Positions 1 through 14,874 of a DNA stretch of 64,000 nucleotides are shown here, piece by piece. This DNA is from Podarcis liolepis. Taxonomy: Eukaryota. Below the pieces are notes generated by a model. The model saw only the letters and a list, made by a program, of their open reading frames with translations. It was not told where the DNA came from and ran no database searches. Where the stretch lies: NCBI GenBank assembly GCA_965112155.1, contig OZ218107.1. The stretch is one strand, 5' to 3'. Each line of letters starts with the position of its first letter. Position 1 is the first letter of the stretch. The translations under genes were made by a program, and so were the position numbers.

Positions 1-1320
1 CAAGTGTAGCCTTCTCAGAGTCACCTTTACCCAGTCTGACTTACCTGGATCCTGGCTACCCACTGTTTTCTGCTCATCTCAAACTGCCATCTCCAACTGG
101 CCTAGTTTTGCACTATGCAGGATTATTGCAGCTTTTTTGGAGCAGGGCAAGACATCAAGGCAGCTGCAGCTTTCACATTTTCAGTAGGTCTCATGTAAAT
201 ATTATGGGACTGATAAGCAGAGATGGCTCACCACAAATTGAGCTTAAAAGCTAACAAGGCTACGTATATTGTGAGAAATTGTAGGAATGACTAATGGTGG
301 TAGCTAAGAATGGCACAACAAGAAAAAATTGCCAGTTCAGAGCTAAACATGTGAAAGGGATTTTGTTATAATCAACAACCACAACCACAGGAACCTTAAT
401 ATTTAATCCAAATTCTGTGTTTTATGAATTTCAGTGAAGTTTTGAATTTCATAAAAGGTGTAGCTGATAAGAAGGTAAAGAACTTATTGGCTCATGTGCA
501 GGTTCTTACAGAGGCGATGGAATGACTTTTAAAATACCTGTCATATTTAATTACAAGGTATTATTCTAGTGCTGTGCTGAATATGTCTCCCACATTTTTC
601 TGTTAAGGGGTGGAGGGAGGTGTTGAAAAATATTTCAAGGGAAGAAAATATTTCTGTGAAATACTCGTGGGCGAGATGCAGGGTTTGGGTTTTGCTTCCC
701 TTACATTTGAGGAGGGCATGGGTTGCTAGTGATGAATGTCCTTCTTTCATTCTATGAATATTCTCTTTGGTGGTTTTTACTCTGCAGCATTCCCAGATGT
801 CTGCTGCTTCAATGAAAGCCCAGAGAAAGACAAAATGAGGTTTTTCCACACATGGACTTTTTTTAAAAGATCAGGAAGCACAGACAACTGGTGTGGGGCC
901 TGCAGAGTGCTGGATTTAGGACAAGAGAAGTATTTAGGACAGACCCCCACAGAAAAAGAATAAGCAGTCAAAATTTTGTAATCGCATCTGTTCTGCTAAT
1001 GACCCCGTAAACATACATAGCAGTAAACACAGCAGCTCTGAGTGCTGAGCGATGCCTCATATCTGCAGTGCAGGATGCAAGTATCGTGTCACCAGTTCCC
1101 TGTTCCATTAAAAGCCAAGGATCCTGTTTCCAGTTTTCACGAGCAAATGCTATATTTCTTCCTCACACCATGTATGTCAGACTTGTCTCACTTCCTCCAT
1201 ACTAAGTAGGTGCAAACCCAAACCTATACTATTTGCCACAGATGCAAAAGATGGCTTAAATCCTGTTCCTGTGAAATTAGATGTTATATTAGTTATGTAG
1301 CTGTACCCTTATGTGTAGAA

Positions 1321-1363
1321 TTTGTTTGTTTGTTTGTTTGTTTGTTTGTTTGTTTGTTTGTTT
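1321..1363. repeat. (TTTG)n microsatellite
   Basis: Direct reading. Confidence 0.95.
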
Positions 1364-4221
1364 ACACAAATTGCCAGTGTAGGGGTTCCATTCTGGATCA
1401 AAACCTTAGTGCCACTCTCTGGCACACTAGGTTTGGCTTTTCTTGAGAAATGTCAGCTTTCCACTGGACCACATTAAGTTTGGACAAGGGATTAGGTGTG
1501 GTTACAGTAGCAACTGGAGGCAAATTAAATCCTATGCTTGTCAGATAATTGCACAGATTGTTTTCGAGCTTCAGTCGGTATTCAGAGTTGACTGACTCAT
1601 GCGATGAGGTGTAGAAACACTTCTCTTCTCATTCTCCAAAGAACAGAGCCACTAGTGCTTGTAGGAATCATGGATTCATATAAGTTAGCAAAGGTCAACA
1701 CCTTCTCAGAGGAGGACGTACAAGTGGTAAGGCATTTTGCTGCGTTTCTCCTGGTTATTCCTAAAGTATCCCCAAGAGCAATATTTCTAAAGTATCACCA
1801 AGAGTGTTGCCTTCTAAAAAGGGGCAACCCTGCATTATTTGGCAGCAATCCTCCCATTGTAACAAACAGGCCCTCCACTTTCAGACTCTTCAACACTTCT
1901 TGAGATGCTTTTATGCTGACCGCTCTTTTAACTTCTTAGAATAAAGTGGATCTTAAGCCCTGCTCTTGTGAGCCACTAAACCACTCAATAAGTATTAAGA
2001 TGCAGCAAAATAACCATTGGGCCTCAGCATGCTCTCTCGGCAAGGTGAGCGACTGCTACATTAGGTAAGAGCAACCAGCCCCAAATGGGCAGAGATGGAA
2101 GCATATTAGAATCAACCCAGCAATGCACTATTCCAGAACCAGACATGGTGGCAGGAGAGTTCTGATCTCACATCACATAGGATACCACTGGGGTAGCGCT
2201 CCAGTCTGTGCCTTATCATATACCCAGGGTCAGAGTGCCAGAGGCATAAGGTAGGAATTGGAGGCTTCTTCGTGCTGAGGAACATGACCTCATTCCTGGG
2301 TAGTCATTATGTTGTATCAAGTGACAGCTAGTTCTCATAACCTTTTTGGCATGTAGGTGCAGATGTCTTAGCCATGATTTTCCTGTTCATGACAAGGTCA
2401 TCTAAAAGTTTCATCACAAGCTCCGATCGTCAGCAAGCTTGCGTTCACCTTCGTTACTCAGCTCAACACCCGTTTGCCTGAGTTCACAAGAGGAGTGTTT
2501 TTTTAAGGCGACTGTGCAAGATGTGTTTCTTTCCCTGTCAATATAGCCAGCATCGCATGGCCAAGAACCCAGCATTATTCCATCTGGTAAGCAGGATTTG
2601 GCAGCAGCCCGGCTGTGCAGCCAGCACTGATCCTCTTAATCGGCTCGGACTAGCAGGGATTGGCACAATTCCAGTGTGGCTTTGCAGAAACTGGGCAAGA
2701 GGCGGTTTCAGTTCACCCGACACTTGCAAATACTTCTGCCTGCGACAGCCCTGAGACTAAGCTGCCAGTTTGCAAATATTAAAACTTATCTCTGACAAAG
2801 AGGGGGCTCAACCATTCCACTTTTCCTCCTGATAACAGGACAAAAAGCACTGAGTTTAAACTGCAGGAGGATTGTCGTTAAGGGTCAACAACAAGGGGGA
2901 AATATTCTAATTGTTGAGATGCTAACACGTTAAGCTCTTGGGGCCAAGTGGACCAAGGACGTTCTCCTGCATGAGCCCAATGAAATGAATGGAGCCTTGC
3001 AATGGGAGACTTGCAAAGCTCCAGTTCATTTCAACAGAGTTTGGCAGGGGAAGTTCTCAGTGGATTGTGCCCTCAGGCTGTACACCGGAGTTTCTTGATG
3101 TTCTCTACAGTCCCATCAGATTGTCCCCATGGTAGGAGGTACCGAGTTCTTTGGAGCATTATTTCAGATGAGTCCATAATTGGTCACCCTGGGAATGCTT
3201 CAGTAGAGCAGTGGTAATGCAGACAGGGTGCTCTTGTTCAAAGCCACCCAGAAGATCCATACCCTGAGCTTAAAAGACAAGCATTGGACCTGGGAGACAA
3301 GGTGCCCCAAGTCCAACTCCAAGACCCATTTGGCTGAAATAAAGAGGCATTACACTCATTAATCCACATTGTTCACTATGATTCTTGCTTTGTAAATCCT
3401 TAGCTTCAGTCTGCTGCATGAATGGCAGCAAACATGAAAACAAATGCTTTCACAAGGTTCTGCCACTGATTATCTCATTTTCAACTCATAAGAGCAGCTG
3501 GCTGTTGTGATCAGCGCCCTGTTTGAAAAAGAGCAGGCAGCACAGAATGTAGCACCTTCTTCTATGATACAGAGAGCTCCAAAACATTCCTAATAGACCA
3601 CACATTACACACTCTTTGCATCTATAAAGTACATGCCTGAAAGAGACAGGAAGTGTAGGACAGGGCGTCTAAACCAGTAGTGTATTACATGGAAACCAGC
3701 TCTTGAGTGTCTCCAGAGATAAGTATGGGTCAGAATATTGGTCTATCTAGTCATATATTAGACTAACATTAAAGGCTTACATGCCTAAGGTCACTGCAGA
3801 TTACCACCTTTGGAGATGATTAGCAGATGAGTATATTTGAGCATGATATTTGAGCTGTTTAGCATGCTGATCATGTTCAATATTTAGAGGGTAACTGACC
3901 AATGGGGAGGGGATTTAAAACGGGAGTCTGGAAAGTTTTAGAAATTCATAAGAAAGCTCTTCATGGTGCTGTGACAATTGGACTGTCTTGTACCATGGGC
4001 TTCTTTACGGTGACCAGATTGGTACACCACCAGATTGGTCTATTTTTCATCTGTGTCACTTTGCATGCATTCACTCATAAACATGTTCTGTTTCTGCACT
4101 AAACTAGGGGTTTGCATTTAAGTGTGTATTTAAATGTAATTGCCTGCAAAAGGGCATTTGTAGGTATATATGCTCTCATGGTGTACATTTTTTTTTTAAA
4201 AAAAGTGCATTTATCTCAAAA

Positions 4222-4596
4222 CAGTTGAGAGAGCTGGGTATGTTTAGGCTGGAAAAGAGGAGATATGATAGCCACCTTCAAATATCTAAAGGGCTGCCAC
4301 ATGGAAGATGGAGCAAGCTTGTTTTCTCCTGCTCTGGAGGATAGAACTTGAACCAATGGCTTCAAGTTACAAGCAATGAGACTCTGACTCAACATCAGGT
4401 AGAACTTTAGGACAATAAAAGCTTTTCAATAGTGGAATGGTCTCCCTCAGGAGGCTGTGGGCTCTACTTTCTTGGAAGTTTTTAAGCAGAGGTTTGTTGG
4501 CCATCTGTCATGGATGCTGTAGTTGAGATGCTTGCATTGCAGGGGGGTCAGACTAGATGACCCTCGGGGTCACTTCCAGCTCTTCAGTTCTATGAT
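4222..4596 (+). mobile_element. CR1 LINE 3' fragment
   Basis: Degenerate end of CR1 ORF2 (LRELGMFRLEKR...FKYLKGCH) and the typical 3' UTR ggactagatgacc...ttctatgat. Confidence 0.85.
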
Positions 4597-5010
4597 ACAC
4601 GTTGGTCAAAATGCAGAGTCCCTTGAATTTCTGGCTCTTTCAACATGTCAGTGTCTGAGACCTGCTGCTTACATCCATTGGTTACAGGCAGCATCATTAG
4701 GCACATCAATTTGATGTCCAGCAAGGATTCATTGCCTGCCAAAAAAAAAAGTATGCACTGCTAAAACTCCATTACGCAGTGCAAACTTTGCTCTTGCTTC
4801 CTAGCCTGGGAATAGAATGGAGAAACGGTGTGTTGGACTGGCCAATCCAGTCTGCTCACCATGGAGATGTTTATGATCAAACCAGATTCATTCTACTCCA
4901 GTTCCTGCTCTGTTTGTTCCCCACCCTTCAGTCTGACTAATAATTTCTCCAGATCTATTTATCCTATTGAAAGTTTCTAGAGATAAGGAACATTTATTAA
5001 CAATCTAATG

Positions 5011-5259
5011 CAGGGGTCAGCAAACATTTTCAGAAGGGGGCAGTCCACTGTCCCTCAGACCTTGGAGGGGGGCCGGACTATATTTTTTGGGGGGGGAATG
5101 AACGAATTCCTATGCTCCACAAATAACCCAGAGATGCATTTTAAATAAAAGCATACATTCTACTCATGTAAAAACACTGATTCCCAGACCATCCGTGGGC
5201 TGGATTTAGAAGGCGATTGGGCTGGATCTGGCCCCCGGGCCTTAGTTTGCCTACCCATG
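5011..5259 (+). mobile_element. hAT-type MITE, family A
   Basis: Ends CAGGGGT.../...ACCCATG; 8-bp TSD atctaatg/ctctaatg; three more copies in the window. Confidence 0.85.
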
Positions 5260-6352
5260 CTCTAATGGCTTCTAAACTCATTACAGTTTCAGCACTACCT
5301 GCAGCGCACAAGAAGTGTGTATCTTCTCACAACACCTTTCAAATTGCAGCTTCTTTCCCATACCCATTACAAAGCAATAGAGCGTATTTGCTCCAATGGC
5401 ATGTGCTGAAAAAGAGAAGGAATTACACACACACACACACACACAGAGAGAGAGAGCCTAGTGACATTAGCCAACATTTTTCTTTGCACCATGAGTACTA
5501 GAAATTTACTTTTGGCGGGGAGGCCAATTTTCTAAGCATGCTCACTAAGAAATCATATCATTGACGGCTTTGGGGAGCATGAGTTTCCATGGCAGAAAGA
5601 CATAAAATGGCCAGCTGCAATACTGGCAGCTTGGTAAACGAAAAACGGAGCACATCACTGTTTATTGTGTGCTATGGTGCTTGTCTGACAAAGGCGCCAG
5701 GGCTCTCCCTCCCAGCTGTAGCCAATTACACACCGTTGGACGGCCAACAGAGCCAGCCTCTCTGATGGCTGCAACACGCCCACTCTTGAGCATTTGCCCT
5801 CCGCACACATTTAAATTTGCTTTTGTGCTTCTCTCTTGCTGTTTATTTCAGTGCCTGATCATTGTTCTCATGTGCAAGAGAAAGTGGAGGAGAGGCTCTT
5901 TGTAATGGAAATGAGCATCCCGGCCAAAGGCACATTTTACATTCACATTAGGAAGCTGATTGAAGCTCGGAGCCTGATGTTGGGGTGGGGGATGCTGTGT
6001 GTCTTGCTGCCGTGGTCCACAGTTCCTGTCACTATTCTCTATTAACTATGGTCAAGATTGGATGAGCAGAAGAGAAACACTTCCCTTTCGGGGGGCTGGT
6101 GGTATATGAGTCAGCATTTTTAAAGACATAGCAGGGTTTTTTGCAACTGTTATATAAATATGATGTTTTAAATGCCGGCAGATCTACATAGATTAACAAT
6201 TTTCTTGAGTAGCCATTCGTTTTAATGATTGCTTTTAAAAGTTTTTGCATTGCTGTATAAATATTTTAATAAGTTAATAAATAACTGCATTTACCAAAAA
6301 TCTTACCCTTTTACATCACAGTGACTGCATAAATACCATGCCTGTACCTACC

Positions 6353-6401
<49 letters not shown>

Positions 6402-8243
6402 TCTGTATGTTTGGTATTGGGTTTATGTCCTTTTCCCCTTACAGTTGTTTCATTTACTGACACTCTTTAGATTTAGGGTGTAGTCAAGTAAATTCTACTC
6501 AGAGTAGACCTGCTGAAGTTAATGGGCTCCTTTGGGAGAAGGGGTGGGATATAAATTAAAATGAACCTAGGTTAACCATCTCCATTAATTTCAATGGGTC
6601 TACTCTGAGTACGGCCAACACTTAATACAACCCACAGTATTGTAAATAAGAGGAACTGCTTATTGATGGTCAGTTAACCTCTCAATTCTTTCCCACACTC
6701 CCATGGTTGGCTGAGATGGTGAGAAAATGTTTCTGAACCTCTGAACAGCACATGCAGAATCTGATGACAATTGAAAAAACATGATTAACTTACACACAGA
6801 GACAGACACACAAATGGATGCAAATAAACAGGTAAGAGGCTTTTTGTGGTAGGCTAGGTGTGAGCTAGGAAGTCAAGGGTGAAGGGATTCTCTTGATACT
6901 GAGCGCAGTCTTTGTTTCAACACACAAACCAACCTGGACACCACATTCAACCTCTCCGTCCTTTCTCCATTTGCCTTTTCAGTGGTAGCTTCCTATTTGT
7001 GGAATACTCTTCTGAGGGAATCGCAGCAGGTGCCTTTGTTGTCTGTTTCTAGGCACCAGGCAAAGGCATTTTTATTTACAGCCAGGCATTTGGTCCTCAA
7101 TTGTAACTAGCTATATCTGTGGCCTCATCTTATGTGCATCATTTTAAGTGGGGTGAGTAGGATTGTATATATTTCTATTTTGATTGTGCATGCAGCTTTG
7201 ATGCACTTCAGTGTGAAAGGCAAACAACAACAACAACAACAACAACAATGTTGTCAATTGCGTATTATTTATGTGTTGGGCCCAAAGAAGTTGCAAAAAG
7301 CAATATATTTCTTTTTGCAATTTCGCTGCCAGAAGTGCCCAAACATTCGAGACTTCCCTAGCTGCCCAAAAATTACTGTGAATTTCTTAGCAGTAGCTGC
7401 TGGTCCAGTGTAAGGAATATTAAAGAGGATCTGAGAACAGCGAGAGTGTTGTTTTCTCAGTTGTCACCCTGTAAATGCAAAGCCCACCCTCACAGTAGCA
7501 GGGAACAGCTGCTCTGCTGGAAAAGACCATGTACTGGAAAAGACCGTGTACATCATCACTTCCTAATAATAGCAAAGGGCTTTAACCAAAGCCACAGGCT
7601 GATTGCAGGGTGCTCTTTCAATTTTGGGCTTGGAGCAAAAATCCCGAGCTATGCAAAGACGTGTACTCTTTTTAACACACGTCTTTCTTTTGTCAAGAAA
7701 AAGGTTATTAATTGCTGGAGAGCAATCATTTAAAGGAAAACAAAAGGCAAACAAGTTTTCTTAAACAGAGAGAAGATCAGCAGCTGTCGGCATTATCAAG
7801 TGAAGGCTTTGACAAGATGTACCCAAAGGTCTGTTAAAAACAAAAACAAAACCCCAGCCTGCTTCTGCAAGATGAGCACCCCACGTTTCTGAATTATCCT
7901 AGCAAGGAAATTATATGCATTCGCCTGTTTTCCAGCATCTTAACGTCCATCTTTTGTTTAAAATCAGATATTTGAGATTTTGTAGTTGATGGTTTTTTTT
8001 CATTTGGCAAGGAGCAGACTGACAGCAGGAGAAAAGTCAAAAGTCAAAAGTGAATTAATAGCAACAGGGGTGCATTCACATGATAACATGACTGGGTGCA
8101 TTATTATTTTTTGGGAGCAATCAACATTTGACTCAATGGGTCTTACTCTTACGAGATATGTATAGGATGACTTGGTTGTTAACTCCCTGCATGTGAAACA
8201 AGTTGTTTCATAGGGAAAAGTCTGGCTAACATTATTTGTTCTG

Positions 8244-8562
8244 AAGGAGTGTCTCCACCCCCATTGTTCAGCCCGGACCCTGAGATCCAGCTTCAAGGGC
8301 TTTCTGGTGGTTCCCTCATTGCGAGAAGTGAGGTTACAGGGAACTAGACAGAGGGCCTTCTCGGTAGTGGCGCCCGCCCTGTGGAACGCCCTCCCTCCAG
8401 ATGTGAAGGAAATAAGCAGCTATCTTATCTTTAAAAGACATCTGAAGGCAGCCCTGTTTAGGGAAGTTTTTCATATTTAATGCTGTATTGTTTTTAACAC
8501 TTGATTGGAAGCCGCCCAGAGTGGCTGGGGAAACTCAGCCAGATGGGCGGGGTATAAATAAT
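8244..8562 (+). mobile_element. L2-type LINE 3' fragment
   Basis: RAFSVVAPALWNALP motif and 3' end ggaagccgcccagagtggctgggg...ggtataaataat; homologous to 47161-47683. Confidence 0.8.
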
Positions 8563-8563
8563 A

Positions 8564-8597
<34 letters not shown>

Positions 8598-10740
8598 AAT
8601 TTATTTAAACATTGGCGTCCTGCCCTCCTGGTACAAAAGCAGCACTCTGGGCACCTTGTGACATTTAAAATTACAATTTCATGAAAGCAACAATATAAAA
8701 CAAGCAAACAAGGACAGAGGAACCAGTACAGTATAAACCAATCACAATGAGAATATCAGCTGCCAATTACACAAAAAAGCCTATTTTAATAAAACAGTCT
8801 TTAATAGCTAAACAACAAAAAATAAAACCCCCACACCAAACATTTCAGGGCAAGGTATTCCATGACAGGGCTCAGCCACTGAGAAGTCCCTCTCTTGCCA
8901 TCCTAGGTGGAACAAAGAGAGAGGAGCCTCTACTTCTGATGTTAGGAAACAGGCAGGTTGATAGGGAAGCAGAAGAATATGGAATATTGTAAGCCTTAAA
9001 CCTATACTTTAGGTCCAAAGGTATCCTGGATCTAAGTCACTTAAAGGCCTTAATCACAAATACTTTGAATTACAACCAGAAACATATTTGCAACCAGTTC
9101 TTCTCCCTAAGTTGGCAGGAATGCCAACTTGAATAAAACATTGGGGGGCAGGTAAGCCCCATAATCAATCACATGACACGCCACACGCACACCATTTCAA
9201 TGACATGCCCATCAACTTGGGGGGGCAGTCCCCTCAAATATTTTATGGGGGAGGCTGAAGGGACCTTGGCCCCTAGTTGGCTCCTAGGAATGACAGGTTT
9301 GCACATGCAAGCAGAATTCAATATGAGGTTTTATAGATGTAAGCTATTGGCAAGGTTGTATTATTTTCCTTCATTGTACAATTCCCAGTATTAGGTATCA
9401 ACATTATCATCATCAGGTGATACACTCAGATTTGTGATCTCTCTCACACACATATATATAGTCATGCTGTAATCTTGGGATAATCTGTACCCCATACTTT
9501 TGCTAAATGTATGAATTAGTACTAAGGCTTTTACAGACACTGGGTTGTATCCATTGTTACAGTACATACTCAGAGTAGACACATTGAAATGAATGAGCAT
9601 GGCGAACAGGGCCAGTAATTTCAATAGGTTTACTCTGAGTAGAATTTAGTTGGGTTAGAACCCATCACTTTAATATTTCTAAACATTTCCACAGCTCTTT
9701 GCACTAGAAATGAGCTAGGTTTTTTTTTTCTTAAAAGAAAGCAGACAGTTTCAGCAAATCAAAATCCTACATAAATGTCCAGATTTATATAAGAAATTCT
9801 ACCTACATTGGCAACAACCACTGTTACATGCATATTTTAGTTGTGGTTCCTTGTGATGGAACACTCCAATATTAAAATATTTGGTCTCTCATTTATCTTA
9901 GACCTATGACAGAATAGATCTAGTAATCCATCACATATTATCTCTTTTTTTAAAAAAATCCTTCACTAACATTTCAGATGCATCAACTTGGGCTCTAAAG
10001 AATTATATAACTAATATCTGACTATCTTAACACAGTGATGACAAAAATTATTGACTGGGCCTTTCTTTGAAAAAGAACAGATTACAAAATCAGATCATAT
10101 CGTAAACTGAAAATGTGTGACTGTGATCCAGAAATGCGCCCTGCTTCCCTGGAGCCCTGAATGATGCAACAAACTCAGGAAAGATACTACTATGCATTTT
10201 CATTAGGTACACAGTAGAAGTGACTAGTTCAGGTAAGCAAAATAGGTAACTACCCTCATCCTAAAGCAGGTAGAAGCAGCACCCCATAAGGATATGTTTT
10301 GGGCTAGCAGCTGATCCCTCTAGTCTTCTTCAGATATTTCTGCCATCCCCTTCACTCCTTCATGAGAGGGAATTCTGGCCTTTGCCCCACCTCTCTGAAC
10401 CATCCCACTGGCCTCAGCACCCCTGATAAGATTTCTCATGACTTTGGGCCATTTCTGCCCACTCCTAACATGGCCATGTCTCAGCCATTCTTGAAGACAA
10501 TATAGAGTGACACCCTTGTCAACCAATCCCTAGCCCCATACCAAAGCCAAACTGCTCACTTCTCATTTTCTGCCAGCATCCATGGCTGATAACATTTCTG
10601 AGTATCACCAGACATGACTGAGACAAACTGATGATTCAATTGTGTGGGGCCAAGGTATAGAAAGGGGGCACTCCAAGCTCCAAGCTCCCAGGCACAGTGA
10701 GCTGCTTTATTATATATTTATATTATTAATATTTTCTAAT

Positions 10741-11197
10741 CGTATAGTTAAAGCTATGATTTTCCCAGTAGCGATGTATGGAAGTGAGAGCTGGACCATA
10801 AAGAAGACTGATCGCCGAAGAATGAGTGCTTTTGAATTCTGGTGCTGGAGGAGACTCTTGAGAGTCCCATGGACTGCAAGAAGATCAAACCTATCCATTC
10901 TTAAGGAAATCAGCCCTGAGGGCTCACTGGAAGGACAGATTGTGAAGCTGAGGCTCCAATACTTTGGCCACCTCATGAGAAGAGAAGACTCCCTGGAAAA
11001 GACCCTGATGTTGGGAAAGATGGAGGGCACAAGGAGAAGGGGACGACAGAGGACGAGATGGTTGGACAATGTTTTCGAAGCTACCAGCATGAGTTTGACC
11101 AAACTGCGGGAGGCAGTGGAAGACAGGAGTGCCTGGCGTGCTCTGGTCCATGGGGTCACGAAGAGTCAGACACCAGTAAACGACTAAACAACAACAA
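10741..11197 (+). mobile_element. BovB (RTE clade) LINE 3' fragment
   Basis: Open frame VKAMIFPVAMYGSESWTIKK...AFEFWCWRRLLRVPWTARRSNLSILKEISP...HGVTKSQT, then a (CAA)n tail. Confidence 0.95.
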
Positions 11198-13158
11198 TCG
11201 TATTACTGGGGGGTGGCAGCAGCCTCAGGAAAACAATGTGTACAGAACACATTGCAATATTGTCTCATTTATGGACAATATTGGAGTGAGAAACATTAGT
11301 CTGAGAGAGACAGAATGACTTTCACAGCACCATCTAGATCAGGGATAGGCAACCTAGGGCCCATGGGCCACAAGCAGCCCATGGGGGTTATTTAACTGGC
11401 CCACGAGCCACCCCCAAACCGAGCCGCCCATTCAGCGAGTCTCCGCGCACTGCACTAAATCAGATTACCAGAATGTTCATGCTCCACAAGCAGGAAGTTT
11501 GGGAGAGGGATATCTGGGTGCCATTGGCTTAATTGCTGTGACATCACCAATGGATAAAGCAAATTGGAGTCCAGGAGGTGACTTGTAAGTGTAATTGGGG
11601 AGATTTCAAAATTCTAATGTCAAGGTCTATTAATTACTTTTGTTACAGCAGGTATTTCTGTTCACTGCATATTTTTGAGTGATACCTCATTGTTACAAGT
11701 GAAGCATTTTATTAAAAACAAAGAGACACATGATGCCTAGTCTATAAAAATATGAAGATTCCTCTTGCCCAAAATGTTGTGCCCTAATCTCTGTCTGTCT
11801 GAAAAAAAATTGTAAATTCTTCCAGGTAACGTTAGCAAACAATTTAAACTACATGGGGCAGGGAAGGAGAAAGAAAGGTAGTTTGAAGACACAGCCCAAT
11901 AAACACTCTGTATTTTCTCTAAATGTATGAGTACATGTGACTATATATAAAAATCTGCAACAGATTACATTTTACAATTAATACATAAAAGGGGTTAACC
12001 AGGTTATCTGGAACTACAAATCATCATCATCATCATCATCCACCCATCTGACTGGGTTGCCCCAGCCACTCTGGGTGGCTTCCAGCAAAATATAAAACAC
12101 ACACACACACACAAAAAAAAACCATGGTGATGGTGTCAGCCACACATCTCCCTTATTCCCATACAACCTGTGAGATGGGGCATTATTTTACGAGTAAAAC
12201 CTTTGGATCGTGGACACCACACACACCCTGCAACAAAGCACATGCCACAGACTATCCTATTGGCTCTAGTGGAGTGGTTCTTTCAAGGATAACTTCTGCA
12301 GGTGGTGCAGCCAAAGAAAAACACCCTGTGGGTACCAAGGAAGCTCTCTACAGATGCACGTATCCATGCCACACGGGCAAGCTTCGAAAGTAATATATAA
12401 GAGCGCAAAGGGGCATCTGGTGAGTTGGAGAGGTACTGAGTGGTCGCCCTCCCCAAAAGCAGCATTTTTGCCACTTACCAGGATGGGCCACCAGGTGATT
12501 GAGAAGTCGGGGCTGGATGGGCACACCAATGGGAACATTGCATGGATTCTGAGGTGTGGCTGGGCATTCCCAGCCTCAGCACCAGTGTGCACCTCTATTG
12601 CATCAGTAAGCACACCACCTGTTCCTGGGAGAGGGGCATTGCATCCCCCCTGACACATACACCCCCTGATCTCTCTTCACTCAGTTGCTCCTAGCATTTT
12701 TCTCCCACCTTGGCTTTGATACTAGAAGTGAGCGAGGAATAGTGTCTAAGCCACAGACTGAGGGGAAAGGAGGCAGGAAAGAGGATTTAGCACATCTTTC
12801 CTATGCGCTTCTTTTAGTGCTCAGTCAGATCCAACCACTTCCAATTGTTAGATAGAGAGTTAGAGAGATTATAGTCTTTCACCATAAATTTGTGACATGT
12901 CCTCCCTAGTGAGGTGTGCTTTTTTCCTTGTTGTTAACTTTTAGGAAGAATTTGAAAATGCTCTTTCGTGGCTGTTCCTGGCTACCTCGAGATCATTGGA
13001 TAGAAATCGGTTTTTCATTGCAGTCCCTTTTAGAAGTTTCTAACTGTAATTGTTTTTGGAATGTTTTAATCCATTTTAGAATATTTTTGTTTTGGGTTTG
13101 CAGATTATGTATTTGTTGAATTGTATATCCTTGGGGAAGATGGGGAAGATATAAATTC

Positions 13159-13159
<1 letters not shown>

Positions 13160-13207
<48 letters not shown>

Positions 13208-13214
13208 ACTACTA
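13160..13214. repeat. (AAT)n(ACT)n microsatellite
   Basis: Direct reading. Confidence 0.95.
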
Positions 13215-13456
13215 CAGTGGTACCTCAGGTTACATATGCTTCAGGTTGCATACGCTTCAGGTTGCATACTCCGCTAACCCAGAAATAGTGCTTCAGGTTA
13301 AAAACTTTGCTTCAGGTTGAGAAAAGAAATTGTGCTCCGGCAGCGCAGCAGCAGCAGGAGGCCCCATTAGCTAAAGTGGTGCTTCAGGTTAAGAACAGTT
13401 TCAGGTTAAGTACGGACCTCAGGAACGAATTAAGTACTTAACCCGAGGTACCACTG
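13215..13456. mobile_element. Tc1/mariner (Tigger/pogo-like) MITE
   Basis: TIRs CAGTGGTACCTC/GAGGTACCACTG flanked by a TA TSD; second copy at 60455-60666. Confidence 0.85.
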
Positions 13457-14736
13457 TAGTCACATATTAACCACGGTGACAACATACATGTTATATCAGT
13501 TCCACAGAAGAAGCCATCCTAATTCAGCAAAATCAGATTAAGATTAATACACTTGCCCCCCATCTGTGAACAAGGCAGGCAGGCATGTGGGGGAGGAAAC
13601 CCTGCCACTGTCCTGCATAGTTCAACCCTTAAAACCAATTCAGTTGTGTCACAAATTGTCAGCCTTATATTTGAGTCCTTAGAATCATGACCAACTAAAT
13701 ACAAATAGGTCATTGTATCAAAATATCCCCTTAGGGTCAAAACTATTAAGGGAGCAGGTGCCTGAGCTTAGTTTAGAGCTTACAGAAAACTCGTGATCAA
13801 ATGCAGGTCTAACAGATGAAAGGCAGCATAGGTGTTACGCTTTTGGAGGTCAGGGCCAGGATCCAACAGAACTGCACAACTAGTTCCCCACACCCTAAAG
13901 GGCTTTGGACTCGTGTTTCATGCACATCCTCCTCACACCATACAAGTTGTGAGTCTAAGGGGATGTCCAAAAGCACTGCTTTGAAGCAGGACTCTCAGTG
14001 GCACCTCTCTGTTGATATCCCACTCGTGGGCTTCCTGTAGGCATGTGGCTGGTGGTTGTGAGAATGGGATGCTAGACAAGATAGGTCAGGTCTGATCTAG
14101 CAAGGCTCTTCTTAATTGGATCTAATCTTATAAATCCAGTCTGCACAATCCCGCCACCAGCCCTTGGCACCTCAGGTAATCGCTGAGCATCCCCGCTTGT
14201 GGATGCCTTCTGCCAATCGGGCCTGCCTACCCACCTGTGCTCCCTTGGGCCCATTTTATCTTGTGAAATGGAACAGCAGCCAAAACGATCACAGGGCACT
14301 GAACGACATTTGAAATGGTAGTTCCTTGTTACAGATCATGGCGCAACTGCTGCTCACTGCCACTAACATGCCCAAAGAGGAGCCACCAAGGTTGCGGCAG
14401 CCCGCCAATGATAGGAGCCCATTAGGCAAATAGTTTGTGGCTCAGATATAGAGCCAGCTCTGATTGTGACCACAACAGGGCTAATGGATCATTGTGCAAA
14501 AGAAAGCATCTCCGTGCATTATTTTAAGCCATGGCAACGAAGCAAATCATCTATGTAACCAGAGCAGGCGCCATTACAGGCTGCTTGTTTTAAACCTGCA
14601 AAAAGATAGCTGAGATCTCTGAGATAATGGAGATTGTTAGGGACCCAACATCTCATCTGCAATATACATTTCTACACTTGTAGACTTTCGGTCAAAACAT
14701 ACACTGGTAACAGATAGGAAACAGCAGAATCTAGAT

Positions 14737-14874
14737 CAGGGGTACAGAACCTGTGGCCTTCCAGGTGCTGTTGGACTACAACTCCCAGCATGCTTAGCTA
14801 TTGAGCCTACTTGTTGGTGCTGATAGGAGTCGGAGTCCAACAACTTTCAGAGGGCCACAGGTTTCCCATCCCTG
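14737..14874. mobile_element. Palindromic hAT-type MITE, family B
   Basis: CAGGG.../...CCCTG ends, internal inverted repeat gttggactacaactccc, TSD atctagat/gcctagat. Confidence 0.8.

Noticed and set aside
1-3300. Possible PPP1R3A downstream exons or a decayed element in this unique-looking stretch
   Set aside because: No recognisable motif or convincing splice-bounded frame by eye; needs a homology search.
12124-12660. Cluster of short overlapping ORFs in slightly GC-richer DNA
   Set aside because: No recognisable protein motif; may be a decayed repeat but cannot be assigned.
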